Source of the DNA: a virus
Length of the DNA: 64,000 nucleotides
Strand: one strand, 5' to 3'
Virus record (IMG/VR): IMGVR_UViG_3300023174_000061
Shown: piece by piece, positions 46,112 to 57,156 of the stretch
How positions within the stretch are numbered: the first letter of the stretch is position 1
Layout of the letters: every line of letters starts with the position of its first letter
The notes under the pieces: generated by a model
Databases searched by the model: none
Told to the model about the DNA's origin: nothing
The model's input: only the letters and a program-made list of their open reading frames with translations
Made by a program: the position numbers and the translations under genes

Positions 46112-47757
46112 TTGAAAAACATTATAAGGGCAATCCGAATTTAAAAGCGGAAAATGTCAAGATTGAATTTACAACAGACCAAATTCAAGAATATCTAAAA
46201 TGCAAAGATGATCCAATTTATTTTGCAAAGAATTATGTAAAGATTGTTTCTTTGGATCACGGTTTAATGCCTTTTGAGATGTATGATTTTCAGGAAGAAT
46301 TAATTACAAACTTTCACGAAAATAGATTTAATATTGCAAAACTTCCTAGACAGACAGGAAAATCAACAACTGTTGTATCGTATCTTCTACATTACGCACT
46401 TTTTAATGATAATATAAGAATTGCAATTCTAGCAAACAAAGCAGCAACTGCAATAGAACTTTTAGGTAGATTACAACTGTCTTATGAGAATTTACCAAAG
46501 TGGTTGCAGCAGGGTGTTGGTTCTTGGAACAAAGGTTCGTTGGAACTTGAAAATGGTTCTAAAATCGTAGCAGCATCCACATCATCATCTGCTGTTCGAG
46601 GAAATTCTTTCAATATTATTTTCTTGGACGAATTTGCGTTCATTCCAAATCATATTGCAGAACAATTTTTCTCTTCTGTGTATCCTACTATTTCTTCAGG
46701 TCAAAGTACAAAGGTTATTATCATCTCAACTCCTAATGGGATGAATATGTTTTATAAACTTTGGCACGATGCCGAAAGAGGAAAGAATGGTTATATTCCA
46801 CTTGAAGTTCATTGGTCTGCTGTGCCTGGAAGGGACGCAGAGTGGAAACGACAAACAATTGCGAATACTTCTGAACGACAGTTTACACAAGAATTTGAGT
46901 GCGAATTCTTGGGGTCTGTTGATACTTTAATTACTCCATCCAAACTTAGAATGATGGTTTATGATGATCCACTTACTAGGAGTAAAGGATTAGATGTATA
47001 TGAAGATCCAAAAGAAAAAAATACCTATTTAATGACGGTAGATGTATCTCGTGGGATGAGTAATGATTACTCTGCATTTATTGTATTTGATATTAGTCAA
47101 TTCCCATATAAAGTAGTTGCAAAATATCGAAACAATGAAATAAAACCTATGCTTTTCCCAAATATTATTTACGATGTAGCGAAAGCATACAATAAATCAT
47201 TTGTTCTCGCAGAAGTAAATGATATTGGAGAACAAGTATCAAGCATACTTCATTTTGATTTGGAATACGATAATATTTTGATGTGTTCAATGAGGGGAAG
47301 AGCAGGACAAATGGTCGGCCAAGGATTTTCTGGAAAGAAAACTCAACTTGGAATTAAAATGTCCAAAACTGTTAAAAAAATTGGTTGCTCTAACTTAAAA
47401 ACAATTATTGAAGACGATAAGTTAGTCATTAAAGATTATGATATTATTAGTGAGTTAACAACTTTTATTCAAAAAAGTCAATCATTTGAAGCAGAAGAAG
47501 GATGTAATGACGACCTTGCAATGTGTCTTGTTATTTTTGCTTGGTTAGTCGTTCAAGATTATTTTAAAGAAATGACGGACAATGATGTTCGTAAAAGAAT
47601 ATATGAAGATCAAAAAGACCAAATAGAACAAGATATGGCTCCATTTGGTTTTATGTCTGATGGATTGAGTGAAGACACATCATTTGTTGATAATGATGGT
47701 GATAGGTGGCATTTGGATGAGTATGGAGATAGATCTTATATGTGGGAGTATCATTAG
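46108..47757 (+). CDS. gp17: Terminase large subunit gp17
   Basis: YKGNPNLK, PRQTGKST, FLDEFAF, STPNG, NDDLAM. Confidence 0.97.
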   Translation: MIEKHYKGNPNLKAENVKIEFTTDQIQEYLKCKDDPIYFAKNYVKIVSLDHGLMPFEMYDFQEELITNFHENRFNIAKLPRQTGKSTTVVSYLLHYALFNDNIRIAILANKAATAIELLGRLQLSYENLPKWLQQGVGSWNKGSLELENGSKIVAASTSSSAVRGNSFNIIFLDEFAFIPNHIAEQFFSSVYPTISSGQSTKVIIISTPNGMNMFYKLWHDAERGKNGYIPLEVHWSAVPGRDAEWKRQTIANTSERQFTQEFECEFLGSVDTLITPSKLRMMVYDDPLTRSKGLDVYEDPKEKNTYLMTVDVSRGMSNDYSAFIVFDISQFPYKVVAKYRNNEIKPMLFPNIIYDVAKAYNKSFVLAEVNDIGEQVSSILHFDLEYDNILMCSMRGRAGQMVGQGFSGKKTQLGIKMSKTVKKIGCSNLKTIIEDDKLVIKDYDIISELTTFIQKSQSFEAEEGCNDDLAMCLVIFAWLVVQDYFKEMTDNDVRKRIYEDQKDQIEQDMAPFGFMSDGLSEDTSFVDNDGDRWHLDEYGDRSYMWEYH

Positions 47758-47775
47758 CAGATAAGGTTAGTAATT

Positions 47776-47783
47776 TATAAATA
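47776..47783 (+). promoter_or_regulatory. T4-type late promoter
   Basis: TATAAATA upstream of gp18. Confidence 0.8.
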
Positions 47784-47822
47784 CTTCTAGGCAAAAATGA
47801 ACTTCTTCACGAGGGGAAACAG

Positions 47823-50225
47823 ATGGCGTTAAATTTAGTATCACCAGGTGTCAAGATAAGAGAAGTTGACTTGACTGTTGGTGGAATTACCGCAGCAAAT
47901 AATCAAGTTGGAGCTATTGCTGGTCCTTTCCAAAAAGGTCCAGTTAATGTTCCTATTTTAATTGAAACAGAGAATGATTTACTCAACACATTTGGAAAAC
48001 CAATTTCTTCAGATTCGCAATACGAATATTGGTTAGGTGCTGCTTCATATCTTTCTTACGGTGGTGTTCTAAGAGTTGTAAGATGCGATGGAACAAACTT
48101 AAACAACGCAAATTCTACTGGGATTGGTTCGACCACAGGAACTACACTCAAAATTGAATCAACAGAAGATTATAATAACACTCATTCTACTGATACTGCT
48201 TGGGCTTGGGCTGCTAGAAACCCAGGTTCTTGGGCAAATAACTTAAAAGTTTGTGTTATTGATGCAGCAGCAGATCAAAGAATTGCAATATCAACTTATG
48301 GATTAAATGTTGGTTATGCTGTTACTGCTGCTTTCTCCCAATCAGTTGCTGGTGTTGGAACAGTAACAACAGAAGCAGGAGTTCTTAAAGGTATTGTTAC
48401 TAAAGTTAATAGTGGTTCGATTGATGTAAAAATTACTGCAAAATCTTCTGGTGCTGGTTCAACTGTATTTACAGAAACTTCTTACTCTGAAGGAAGTGTA
48501 AGTGCATTTGGTGCTGGAAATATCAAAATTACAGACAATAGTAATAATTTTGTTAAAATTGAAGAAGCATCAGTTTCAAGATTTTATGGTGTAGTTGCTA
48601 CTGGTTCGACAGTAATTAATCCAGTAGATGCATCTACAAATCTTCCAACTACAATTACCGCAGGACAATTTATTGTCCCAGTTACTGGATCTTCTCTCCC
48701 AACTGGAACTACTTATACTGTAGGAATTGGAACAACGATCAATGGTGGTGCAACACAAACTGCACTTGGTTTAAGTACATCAGCAACTGGATCTGGAACA
48801 GTAGAATTTTTGGTTCTTAATGTTGGTTCTGCTGGTGAAACAATTTCAACACCATCCGATTGGTATAATCAGCAAACTTTAGGATTATCAAATTCTACTG
48901 TTTATTGGAAAAATATTGCGCCAAGACCAAGAACTTCTGAGTATGCTTCACAAAGAAATGGAAGAAATGATGAACTTCACATCGTTGTTATTGATGATAT
49001 TGGAACAGTGACTGGTGTTGCTGGTAATATTCTTGAAAAATATACCAATGTATCTAAGGCATATGATGCTAAGATTTCTCCATCAGAAGCAAATTACTAT
49101 AAGGATATTGTTGCTGCAAATTCACAATATATTTTCCCTGGATTTGCTCCAACTGGTGTTGATACAAAATTCTCAACAGTATCTGGAGTTGGATCGGCAA
49201 CTGATACTACTTGGGGTCTAGCAGCACAAGATAATATATTCAATTGTATTGGAGCATCTATCTACAATTTAACTAATGGTAAAGATTATTCTGGACCTAA
49301 TAGTGTTGGTGGTTATTCAGTTGGTTTATCAGATGTAATTAGTGGTTACAGAAACTTTACAAATTCATCAGAATATCAAATCAACTTTTTAATTGGTGGT
49401 CCTTCTGGTGGTGCTACAATTCAAGAATCACAAGCAAAAGCAAATGAATTAATTTCAATTGCAGAGGTTCGTAAGGACTGTGTTGCTACTATTTCACCAC
49501 ATAAAGCAGGTGTTGTTAATATAGCAAACTCTGATACTCAAACTACTAATATTGTTAATTTCTTTGATCCATTAACCTCATCATCTTATGCAGTATTTGA
49601 TACTGGTTATAAGTACGTTTATGATAGATTTAATAATCAGTTCAGATATATTGCTTGTAATGCTGACGTTGCTGGATTGATGGCTAGAACATCAATTAAT
49701 CAGTATCCTTGGTTCTCACCTGCTGGTGCAAACAGAGGAGCATTGAATAACGCAGTTAAACTTGCGTTCAATCCTTCACAAGCACAAAGAGATACTCTTT
49801 ATCCTAAGAGAATTAATCCAATTATCTTCTCTCCTGGTGCTGGTATTATTCTCTTTGGTGATAAGACTGCTCTTTCATACACTTCGGCATTTGATAGAAT
49901 TAACGTTCGTCGTTTGTTCCTTACACTTGAAGCATCAATTGAAAGAGCAGCAAGAGCACAACTGTTTGAATTTAATGATACAATCACTAGAGCAAACTTT
50001 GTTAATATCGTTGATCCTTATCTCCGTGACGTGAAGTCAAAAAGAGGTATTACCGATTTCGTTGTTGTATGCGACGAGTCAAACAATACTCCTGATGTTA
50101 TTGATGGAAATCAGTTTAAAGCTGATATTTACATCAAACCTGCAAGATCAATCAACTTTATCGGATTGACTTTTGTTGCTACTCGCACAGGAGTTAGTTT
50201 TGAAGAAATTATCGGTACTGTTTAA
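47823..50225 (+). CDS. gp18: Tail sheath protein gp18
   Basis: LVSPGVKIREVDLT, WFSPAG, FDRINVRRLF. Confidence 0.97.
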   Translation: MALNLVSPGVKIREVDLTVGGITAANNQVGAIAGPFQKGPVNVPILIETENDLLNTFGKPISSDSQYEYWLGAASYLSYGGVLRVVRCDGTNLNNANSTGIGSTTGTTLKIESTEDYNNTHSTDTAWAWAARNPGSWANNLKVCVIDAAADQRIAISTYGLNVGYAVTAAFSQSVAGVGTVTTEAGVLKGIVTKVNSGSIDVKITAKSSGAGSTVFTETSYSEGSVSAFGAGNIKITDNSNNFVKIEEASVSRFYGVVATGSTVINPVDASTNLPTTITAGQFIVPVTGSSLPTGTTYTVGIGTTINGGATQTALGLSTSATGSGTVEFLVLNVGSAGETISTPSDWYNQQTLGLSNSTVYWKNIAPRPRTSEYASQRNGRNDELHIVVIDDIGTVTGVAGNILEKYTNVSKAYDAKISPSEANYYKDIVAANSQYIFPGFAPTGVDTKFSTVSGVGSATDTTWGLAAQDNIFNCIGASIYNLTNGKDYSGPNSVGGYSVGLSDVISGYRNFTNSSEYQINFLIGGPSGGATIQESQAKANELISIAEVRKDCVATISPHKAGVVNIANSDTQTTNIVNFFDPLTSSSYAVFDTGYKYVYDRFNNQFRYIACNADVAGLMARTSINQYPWFSPAGANRGALNNAVKLAFNPSQAQRDTLYPKRINPIIFSPGAGIILFGDKTALSYTSAFDRINVRRLFLTLEASIERAARAQLFEFNDTITRANFVNIVDPYLRDVKSKRGITDFVVVCDESNNTPDVIDGNQFKADIYIKPARSINFIGLTFVATRTGVSFEEIIGTV

Positions 50226-50243
50226 TTAAAGAGGTAAAAAACA

Positions 50244-50942
50244 ATGGCAAACAATCCTGGAACAGCAACTGGTGGTGGTATTTCACCAAGTAATAGAACT
50301 TTAAATGACTTCAAAAATAGAATGTCTGGAGGTGGAGCAAGACCCAACCTCTTTGAATGTGAGATTAATTTTCCAACTGGTATCAGTTATGCTGAAGACG
50401 GTACATCATTAGCAGAAAAAACTAGATTTTTAGTCAAAGCAACGTCATTACCTGGTTCAACAATCAATGTGATTGATATTCCTTTTAGAGGAAGAAATTT
50501 GAAAATCGCAGGTGATAGAACATTCGATCCTTGGACGATTACTGTAATTAATGATGTTGACTTTAATATTAGAAATGCTTTTGAAAAGTGGATGAACTAT
50601 ATGAATAAGCACGAAGATAATTCAGGAGAACTAAATCCTGTTAATTATCAGAGGGATATGAAGGTTTATCAACTTGGTAAAGCAGGTATGAATGATATGG
50701 CAACCAATGGAAATATGCAAATCCTCAAAACTTATCGATTTTATGGATTGTTCCCAACTTCCATTAGTGCTATTGATCTTTCTTACGATCAAGCAGATAC
50801 TATTGAAGAATTCACAGTAGATCTTCAAGTTCAGTGGTGGGATGCTCTTGATAGTTCTGGTGCAAGCATTCTTGGATCTGGAACTCAAGAAGATTTTACT
50901 TCAACTTCAACTAGTGCAGAAGCAGGAATAGTATTCAGATAA
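50244..50942 (+). CDS. gp19: Tail tube protein gp19
   Basis: GGARPNLF, FRGRNLKIAGDRTFDPW, IEEFTV. Confidence 0.96.
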   Translation: MANNPGTATGGGISPSNRTLNDFKNRMSGGGARPNLFECEINFPTGISYAEDGTSLAEKTRFLVKATSLPGSTINVIDIPFRGRNLKIAGDRTFDPWTITVINDVDFNIRNAFEKWMNYMNKHEDNSGELNPVNYQRDMKVYQLGKAGMNDMATNGNMQILKTYRFYGLFPTSISAIDLSYDQADTIEEFTVDLQVQWWDALDSSGASILGSGTQEDFTSTSTSAEAGIVFR

Positions 50943-50970
50943 ATAGTAGAATAAGGACAATAACGTTACT

Positions 50971-52638
50971 ATGGCAAAACTGTTTGGTTTTAAATTTGAA
51001 GATAATAGGGAGAAGCAATCCAAAAAGATTGTTTCCCCTATTCCTCGTAATGAAGAAGATAAATCAGACTTTTATATTTCAAGTGGATTTTACGGTCAAT
51101 ATGTAGATATTGAGGGTGTTTATAAGAGTGAGGCAGATTTAATCAGAAGATATCGTGAGATGTCTTTGCATCCAGAATGCGATAGTGCGATTGAAGATGT
51201 TGTAAACGAAGCAATTGTATCAGACTTAAACGATTCTCCAGTAGAGATAGACCTTTCAAATCTTCCTGCTTCTGATAAACTAAAAGAGATTATCAGAGAA
51301 GAATTTAAGTATTTGAAAGAAGTTATGGACTTCGATAAGAAGTGCCACGAGATTTTTAGAAACTGGTATGTTGATGGAAGAATCTATTACCATAAAGTAA
51401 TTGATTTCAACAAACCATCAGATGGAATTAAAGAAGTAAGATATATTGATGCGTTAAAAATTAAGTATATAAGAAAATTAAAAAAAGACAACAAAGATGC
51501 TTTTGGTACTGAGTATAGAAAGTTTGTAAATGATAAAAACCAAATCGATTTTAGTAATCAAGAAGTAGAAGAATTTTATATGTATGATCCAAATGTTGGG
51601 TCATCGCAAAATGCTACTTACAGAGTATCAGATGTAAATAATGTAAAAATTGCAAAGGATGCGATTGTATATGTTACGTCTGGTCTTGTAGATAGAAACA
51701 AGCAAACAGTCCTTTCATTCCTTCACAAAGCAATCAAAGCACTTAATCAATTGAGAATGATTGAGGATAGTCTTGTAATTTATAGACTTTCAAGAGCACC
51801 AGAACGTAGAATTTTCTATATTGACGTTGGTAATCTTCCCAAGATTAAAGCAGAGCAGTATCTGCGTGACGTTATGAACCGTTATAGGAACAAACTTGTA
51901 TATGATGCAAGCACTGGTGAAATTAAAGATGATCGCAAGCATATGGCGATGCTTGAAGATTTCTGGTTGCCTAGAAGAGAAGGTGGTCGTGGAACCGAAA
52001 TTACCACACTTCCTGGTGGGCAAAATCTTGGAGAACTTGCTGATATTGAGTATTTCCAAAAGAAACTTTATGATTCTTTAGGTGTTCCACCAACAAGACT
52101 TGCTGCAGAAGGTGGTTTTAATCTTGGTCGTTCATCAGAAATTCTAAGAGATGAACTTAAATTCACTCGTTTTGTTGGAAGATTGAGAAAGAGATTTTCT
52201 CAGATTTTTATTGATTTACTCAAAACTCAATTAATTCTTAAAAATATTGTATCATTAGAAGATTGGGAAGTATTATCCGATCACATTCAGTTTGATTATG
52301 TTTATGATAATCATTTTTCCGATTTAAAGAAAAATGAATTAATGAATGATAAATTGGGTGTTGTTGCTGCGATGGACCCATATCTTGGTCGTTATTTCTC
52401 CGCAGATTATGTAAGAAGAACAATTCTCGGTCAAACTGATAGTGAAATCAAAGAAATTAACGCACAAATGAAAAAAGAAATTAAAGATGGAACTATTCCA
52501 GACCCAGCAGCAATGATGAACCCAATGGGTGCTATGGGTGCTCCACAAGACCCAAATGCACTTGGAGCAATGCCACAAGAACCAGGATTGACTAATAAAC
52601 AAGCAGGTGTTGATTTGGGGTCTGCTGGGGAATTATAA
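50971..52638 (+). CDS. gp20: Portal protein gp20
   Basis: YRLSRAPERRIFYIDVGNLPK, EDFWLPRREGGRGTEI. Confidence 0.98.
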   Translation: MAKLFGFKFEDNREKQSKKIVSPIPRNEEDKSDFYISSGFYGQYVDIEGVYKSEADLIRRYREMSLHPECDSAIEDVVNEAIVSDLNDSPVEIDLSNLPASDKLKEIIREEFKYLKEVMDFDKKCHEIFRNWYVDGRIYYHKVIDFNKPSDGIKEVRYIDALKIKYIRKLKKDNKDAFGTEYRKFVNDKNQIDFSNQEVEEFYMYDPNVGSSQNATYRVSDVNNVKIAKDAIVYVTSGLVDRNKQTVLSFLHKAIKALNQLRMIEDSLVIYRLSRAPERRIFYIDVGNLPKIKAEQYLRDVMNRYRNKLVYDASTGEIKDDRKHMAMLEDFWLPRREGGRGTEITTLPGGQNLGELADIEYFQKKLYDSLGVPPTRLAAEGGFNLGRSSEILRDELKFTRFVGRLRKRFSQIFIDLLKTQLILKNIVSLEDWEVLSDHIQFDYVYDNHFSDLKKNELMNDKLGVVAAMDPYLGRYFSADYVRRTILGQTDSEIKEINAQMKKEIKDGTIPDPAAMMNPMGAMGAPQDPNALGAMPQEPGLTNKQAGVDLGSAGEL

Positions 52639-52641
52639 ATA
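52634..52641 (+). promoter_or_regulatory. T4-type late promoter
   Basis: TATAAATA. Confidence 0.75.
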
Positions 52642-52667
52642 TTTTTAGTTAAAACACTATTATAACT

Positions 52668-52820
52668 ATGGATGAATTAATGGATATGATTTTAACTGAC
52701 CAATCCCCTGCGGAAGTCAGTGATAAGATTAAAGAAATTCTTTTTGCTAAATCAGCAGAAAAAGTTGATGCTGTAAGACCAGAAGTTGCCGCAAGTCTTT
52801 TTGGTGATGTTGAGGATTGA
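52668..52820 (+). CDS. Small prohead core protein (gp67-like position)
   Basis: MDELMDMILTDQSPAEVSDKIKEILFAKSAEKVDAVRPEVAASLFG...; follows the portal gene. Confidence 0.75.
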   Translation: MDELMDMILTDQSPAEVSDKIKEILFAKSAEKVDAVRPEVAASLFGDVED

Positions 52821-52823
52821 TAA

Positions 52824-53813
52824 GTGAGTGACTTTGGAGTAGGTTCCAAGGAATTATCTGATTTTTTTACTGCAATAAGTGCAGGAAAACAAAAAAGAAA
52901 AAAAGAACTCGATGAAACAGTAGGAGATGCTGTTGATGATTTCTTTTCAACGATAAGTACTGGAAAAAAAGTTATTAAAGAAAAGAAAGAAACTCTTGTT
53001 GGGAATTCTTTTGATGAACTTTTTTTGTCTCCATTAAAAGGAGAAATTACTCCAAAGAAAAAGAAAAAAGTACAAGAACAGAAAACTGTTAAGGCATTTG
53101 AGGATTGGTTATATTCAGAGACACCAAAAAAACAAGAACAAGTAATTGAAGAAGTAATTGAAAATTCTTTGGATGAAGTTCTTGAGGTTTTGGAAGAATA
53201 TAAAGAAGAACTTGAAAAACCCAAAGAAGACCTGATTGAAAAATCATTAGGTCTTCTTGCTGAACCAAGTGATGTTAAAGTTCAACAAGACCCATTAACT
53301 CCTCTGGACCAAAAGTTCGCAACACTTGACGATTTACAGAAACATTACAAACTGTTTCTTTCTCGTATTCAACAACAACTCTCCACAATAGGTGGAGGTG
53401 GAGAAACTCGTTTAGAGTTTCTTGATGATGTTGATAGAAATACTACAAAGACCAATAATTATTTTCTCAAATATAATGCGTCTCTGAATAAGTGGGTAGG
53501 AGACCCTGCTGATGGTGTTGGTATTACAAGTATTGTATCTATCACAGGAGTTACTACCTACTATCAGGCAACAGATACTGATGATTATATTGGAGTAAAT
53601 GCAAGTGTTCCTGTAACTATAGTTCTTCCAACATCTCCAAGTATAGGTAAAAAAATCATCGTCAAAGACGAGAGTAATAATATATCTACATATAGTATTA
53701 CAGTTCAAGCAGGTATTGGTAAAAGTGTTGAGAATGATACTTCGGTGATTATGAATATCAATCACCAATCCCTAACTTATTTTTATAATAATTCTAACTG
53801 GTTTTTAATCTAA
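52824..53813 (+). CDS. Hypothetical protein: charged N-terminus, virion-type C-terminal domain
   Basis: 329-aa ORF, GTG start; GGGGETRLEFLDDVD motif. Confidence 0.7.
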   Translation: MSDFGVGSKELSDFFTAISAGKQKRKKELDETVGDAVDDFFSTISTGKKVIKEKKETLVGNSFDELFLSPLKGEITPKKKKKVQEQKTVKAFEDWLYSETPKKQEQVIEEVIENSLDEVLEVLEEYKEELEKPKEDLIEKSLGLLAEPSDVKVQQDPLTPLDQKFATLDDLQKHYKLFLSRIQQQLSTIGGGGETRLEFLDDVDRNTTKTNNYFLKYNASLNKWVGDPADGVGITSIVSITGVTTYYQATDTDDYIGVNASVPVTIVLPTSPSIGKKIIVKDESNNISTYSITVQAGIGKSVENDTSVIMNINHQSLTYFYNNSNWFLI

Positions 53814-53814
53814 T

Positions 53815-54600
53815 ATGTCATATAATCCTCTTCCTCAACCATCACAATCTGTAATTTTTACAGGTGCAGGAAATACAGTAGTAAGTTTTTCCAATCCATT
53901 TCCAGTATCATTAGGTTCTTCTAATATTACGATTACTGGTGATGTAAATGTAGGAACAACAGTATCAGTCACAAGCACTCCACAAGACCCAGTACATACT
54001 CATATTACAGAAGTTGGTTCAAGTGGTATTTTGCAGGATATGGGTATTCCTTATCTTCCAGTAGGTATATCAACTTTTAATAATATTATAGTTATCAAAC
54101 AATCTGAAGGCAGTTTATATTCATTCAACAATCACGCAACAAATACAAATCGTGGTTGGACTATGGATGATACAATGAGACCCGTAATGAGTATTAGAGT
54201 GAATAGTTCTGGAACTACTATAGCAGATTTGGCAGAAATTACGGAATATGAAATTGGAAATAATAATGCCAATCAAAGTACTATCATCTATGAGTGGTAT
54301 GAGGGTGATATTAATATTGCTGGAGCAGCAATTCCTGCTTGGAATTCATTAGGAACAAAATTACAATATAGAGTATATCAAGATAAGTATAGTAGTAATG
54401 CAGGAAATACCTTCACACAAAATAGTTCTGTCATGAGACATAGTGGAGTTATTATTGGAAAAAATACTTCTGATGATGAAGGACCATCAACTATGCATGG
54501 TGGAGCATCTCCAAATATGCTTACACTTTGTATGAAAAGAGTTGACAACTCAACCAAATTAGATGTTTGGTTTGCTTTTACTTGTAAAGAATTATCGTAA
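53815..54600 (+). CDS. Hypothetical (probably virion) protein
   Basis: 261-aa ORF with NPFPVS motif, in the head cluster. Confidence 0.75.
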   Translation: MSYNPLPQPSQSVIFTGAGNTVVSFSNPFPVSLGSSNITITGDVNVGTTVSVTSTPQDPVHTHITEVGSSGILQDMGIPYLPVGISTFNNIIVIKQSEGSLYSFNNHATNTNRGWTMDDTMRPVMSIRVNSSGTTIADLAEITEYEIGNNNANQSTIIYEWYEGDINIAGAAIPAWNSLGTKLQYRVYQDKYSSNAGNTFTQNSSVMRHSGVIIGKNTSDDEGPSTMHGGASPNMLTLCMKRVDNSTKLDVWFAFTCKELS

Positions 54601-54633
54601 ATACTAAATAACTAATATAGTCTAATTATTACA

Positions 54634-55188
54634 ATGTCCGTATATAAGATTGTACAAAAGATTACACCATTGACAATGACTGGTGCAGCAGTAACCAGCA
54701 ATCCAATTGCTTTGAGGTCTGGTTTTTTGAGAATTGTTCCAGAACAAGATGCTTATGTTGAGGTTGCTCCAACTCCAACGATTAGCACTTCTACAAGTGC
54801 TAGCATTTTTGTTAAAGCAGGAACTGAACTTGTATTAAAAGAAACAGCAATTACTCAAACTATTGTTGGTGTTACTACTGGTACTACTACTATTGTAACT
54901 TTACCAGAAGGTACTTTCTCTGATTTTTCTGCTGGTGATATTGTTGAACTTACTGGTGTTGTTCCAGCAGGTATTAACACAACAGCAGCAACCGTTGCTT
55001 CAGTAAATGCAACAAACAGTGCGGGAACAGGTGGATTTAACAGAGTAATTACTCTTACTTGGAATACTTCAACTCAAGGTGCTCTAATCACTACTTCCAC
55101 TGGTGTTTTGAGAAGAACAACAAAAGTTGCTGCTTATGGAGCAAGTGGAAAACTCCACATCACAGAAATTCAAATCGCAGGTGGTTAA
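54634..55188 (+). CDS. Thr-rich virion structural protein
   Basis: 184-aa ORF preceded by TAAATA, just before gp21. Confidence 0.8.
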   Translation: MSVYKIVQKITPLTMTGAAVTSNPIALRSGFLRIVPEQDAYVEVAPTPTISTSTSASIFVKAGTELVLKETAITQTIVGVTTGTTTIVTLPEGTFSDFSAGDIVELTGVVPAGINTTAATVASVNATNSAGTGGFNRVITLTWNTSTQGALITTSTGVLRRTTKVAAYGASGKLHITEIQIAGG

Positions 55189-55192
55189 TCCA

Positions 55193-55843
55193 ATGAAACT
55201 TATCACAGAAGAAATCGAAAAGGTTAAAGTTATTGTTGAAGAAACCAACGGTAAAAAGTCTCTTTTTATTGAAGGTATTTTTCTTCAAGCAAATAAACCA
55301 AATAGAAACAAGCGTCTCTATGAAATGAGAACTCTCGAAAGAGAAGTCAAAAGATATAATGAAAATTATATTCAAAAGGGCCGTGCTCTTGGAGAACTAG
55401 GTCACCCTGATGGTCCTTCTTTAAACCTTGATAGAGTTTCTCATAAAATTGTTTGCTTAGAGAGAGTTGGAGATAATTTCAAAGGAAGAGCAAAAATTCT
55501 TTCCACTCCTATGGGAAAAATTGCAGAATCTCTTCTTGGTGAAGGTGTGATGTTGGGTGTTTCTTCTCGTGGTGTTGGTTCATTAATTCCAACTAACGAA
55601 GGATATTCAGTAGTTGGTGAAGACTTTATGCTTGCGACTGCTGCTGATATTGTTGCTGACCCTTCTGCTCCTGATGCTTTTGTGAACGGAATTATGGAAG
55701 GAAAAGAGTGGTGTTGGGAAGGTGGAATTCTCCGTGAAAAAGCAGCAGAAGCAGCAAAGAGAAAAATAAACGCATTAGTAGATCAAAAACGTTTGGACGA
55801 ACAGAAAGTTGATCTGTTCCAGAACTTTTTATCAAATCTTTAA
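55193..55843 (+). CDS. gp21: Prohead protease gp21
   Basis: MKLITEE start, ALGELGHP, GVSSRG, DIVADPSAPDAFV. Confidence 0.97.
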   Translation: MKLITEEIEKVKVIVEETNGKKSLFIEGIFLQANKPNRNKRLYEMRTLEREVKRYNENYIQKGRALGELGHPDGPSLNLDRVSHKIVCLERVGDNFKGRAKILSTPMGKIAESLLGEGVMLGVSSRGVGSLIPTNEGYSVVGEDFMLATAADIVADPSAPDAFVNGIMEGKEWCWEGGILREKAAEAAKRKINALVDQKRLDEQKVDLFQNFLSNL

Positions 55844-55845
55844 AT

Positions 55846-55853
55846 TATAAATA
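55846..55853 (+). promoter_or_regulatory. T4-type late promoter
   Basis: TATAAATA upstream of gp22. Confidence 0.8.
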
Positions 55854-55891
55854 AATAAAGATTAAACATACAGGTTAATCGGAGAGATCAA

Positions 55892-57106
55892 ATGTCCCGT
55901 GGTAAAAACTTACAAGAAATGGAAACAGGCACTAAACAATCTAAAACTGCTGTAAATGCTGGTGCAAAAGCAGCAGATCCAATGCAGAAGTTAACCACAG
56001 GCATTCCTGATGGTCAAACTGGTAGTTGGGAAGATCTTGGAGGACCAACTCCAGAGAACTACAAATCAGATGATGATTCTGCAAAACTTGCAATTCCTGG
56101 TGCAACTCTTAAGCAAGTTAAGAATGTTGTAAACAAGGGTGCAAAAGCAGCAGATGCTATGAAGACTCTTTCTAAAGAATCAGTCGAAGAAGATGAGGAC
56201 GAAGAACTCATCGAAGACGAGGCTGAGTATGATGAAGATGAAGTAGTTTCTGAAGCAAAGAAAAAGTCTTCCAAAGAAGATGAAGAGGGTGAAGATGAAG
56301 AGGGTGAAGATGAAGATAGTGAAGAAGATGATGAAGAGGACAAAAAAGAAAAAGCAATGAAAGAGGCATTTGCCCAAATCGAAGAAGAAATCGAAGAGGA
56401 CGTAAATGCACTTCTTTCTGGTGAAGAACTCTCCGAAGATTTTAAGGTAAAAGCAAAAACAGTTTTCGAAGCTGCTTTAAATGCAAGAACCGAACAAATC
56501 GAAGAAGCAATCGTTCATCAATACGAGCAAAGACTTTCGGAAGAAGTAGAAGCAATTAAAGAAGAATTAACTGACCGTCTTGATGCATACCTTGAGTATG
56601 TGTCAGAAGAGTGGTTGCAAGAAAATGCTCTTGAAGTAGAGCAAGGACTTAAGACCGAAATGACCGAATCATTCCTTCAAGGAATGAAGGGTCTTTTTGA
56701 AGATCATTATGTAACAATCCCTGAAGATAGATATGATGTACTTGAGAGTATGGTAGAAAAACTTGATGAAATGGAGAATAAACTCAACGAGCAAATCGAT
56801 AAGAATGTTGCTCTTAATAGAAGATTAGCAGAGTCGGTTACTGAAGTAATCTTTGCCGAAGTCTCTGAAGGTCTTGCACTTTCACAGAAGGATAAACTCG
56901 CTTCTCTTGCTGAAAATGTTGAGTTTGATAGTGAAGGTAGCTATCGTGAGAAACTGGTAACGTTAAGGGAATCATATTTCCCTAGAAACACTGGTACTCA
57001 AAGAGACAACTCGGATTATATCGCAGAAGAAACTGATTATTCGCAACCAGTATCTGGTTCGATGTCTAGATATCTCGATACACTCCAAAGAGTTTCTAAA
57101 AAGTGA
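55892..57106 (+). CDS. gp22: Prohead core scaffold gp22
   Basis: LSEDFKVKAKTVFEAA, DAYLEYVSEEW; acidic tract. Confidence 0.95.
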   Translation: MSRGKNLQEMETGTKQSKTAVNAGAKAADPMQKLTTGIPDGQTGSWEDLGGPTPENYKSDDDSAKLAIPGATLKQVKNVVNKGAKAADAMKTLSKESVEEDEDEELIEDEAEYDEDEVVSEAKKKSSKEDEEGEDEEGEDEDSEEDDEEDKKEKAMKEAFAQIEEEIEEDVNALLSGEELSEDFKVKAKTVFEAALNARTEQIEEAIVHQYEQRLSEEVEAIKEELTDRLDAYLEYVSEEWLQENALEVEQGLKTEMTESFLQGMKGLFEDHYVTIPEDRYDVLESMVEKLDEMENKLNEQIDKNVALNRRLAESVTEVIFAEVSEGLALSQKDKLASLAENVEFDSEGSYREKLVTLRESYFPRNTGTQRDNSDYIAEETDYSQPVSGSMSRYLDTLQRVSKK

Positions 57107-57156
57107 TTTTTAAATTATAACAATCAAACTAAAACTTTTTTAAAGAGGTAAAACAA

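Noticed and set aside
52649-53224. Minus-strand ORFs in the track (e.g. 52649-53224, 57928-58533, 8658-9176, 56059-56343)
   Set aside because: Antisense shadows of well-supported + strand genes
56180-56345. GAAGATGAAGAG-type repeats in gp22
   Set aside because: Simply encode the acidic linker usual in scaffold proteins
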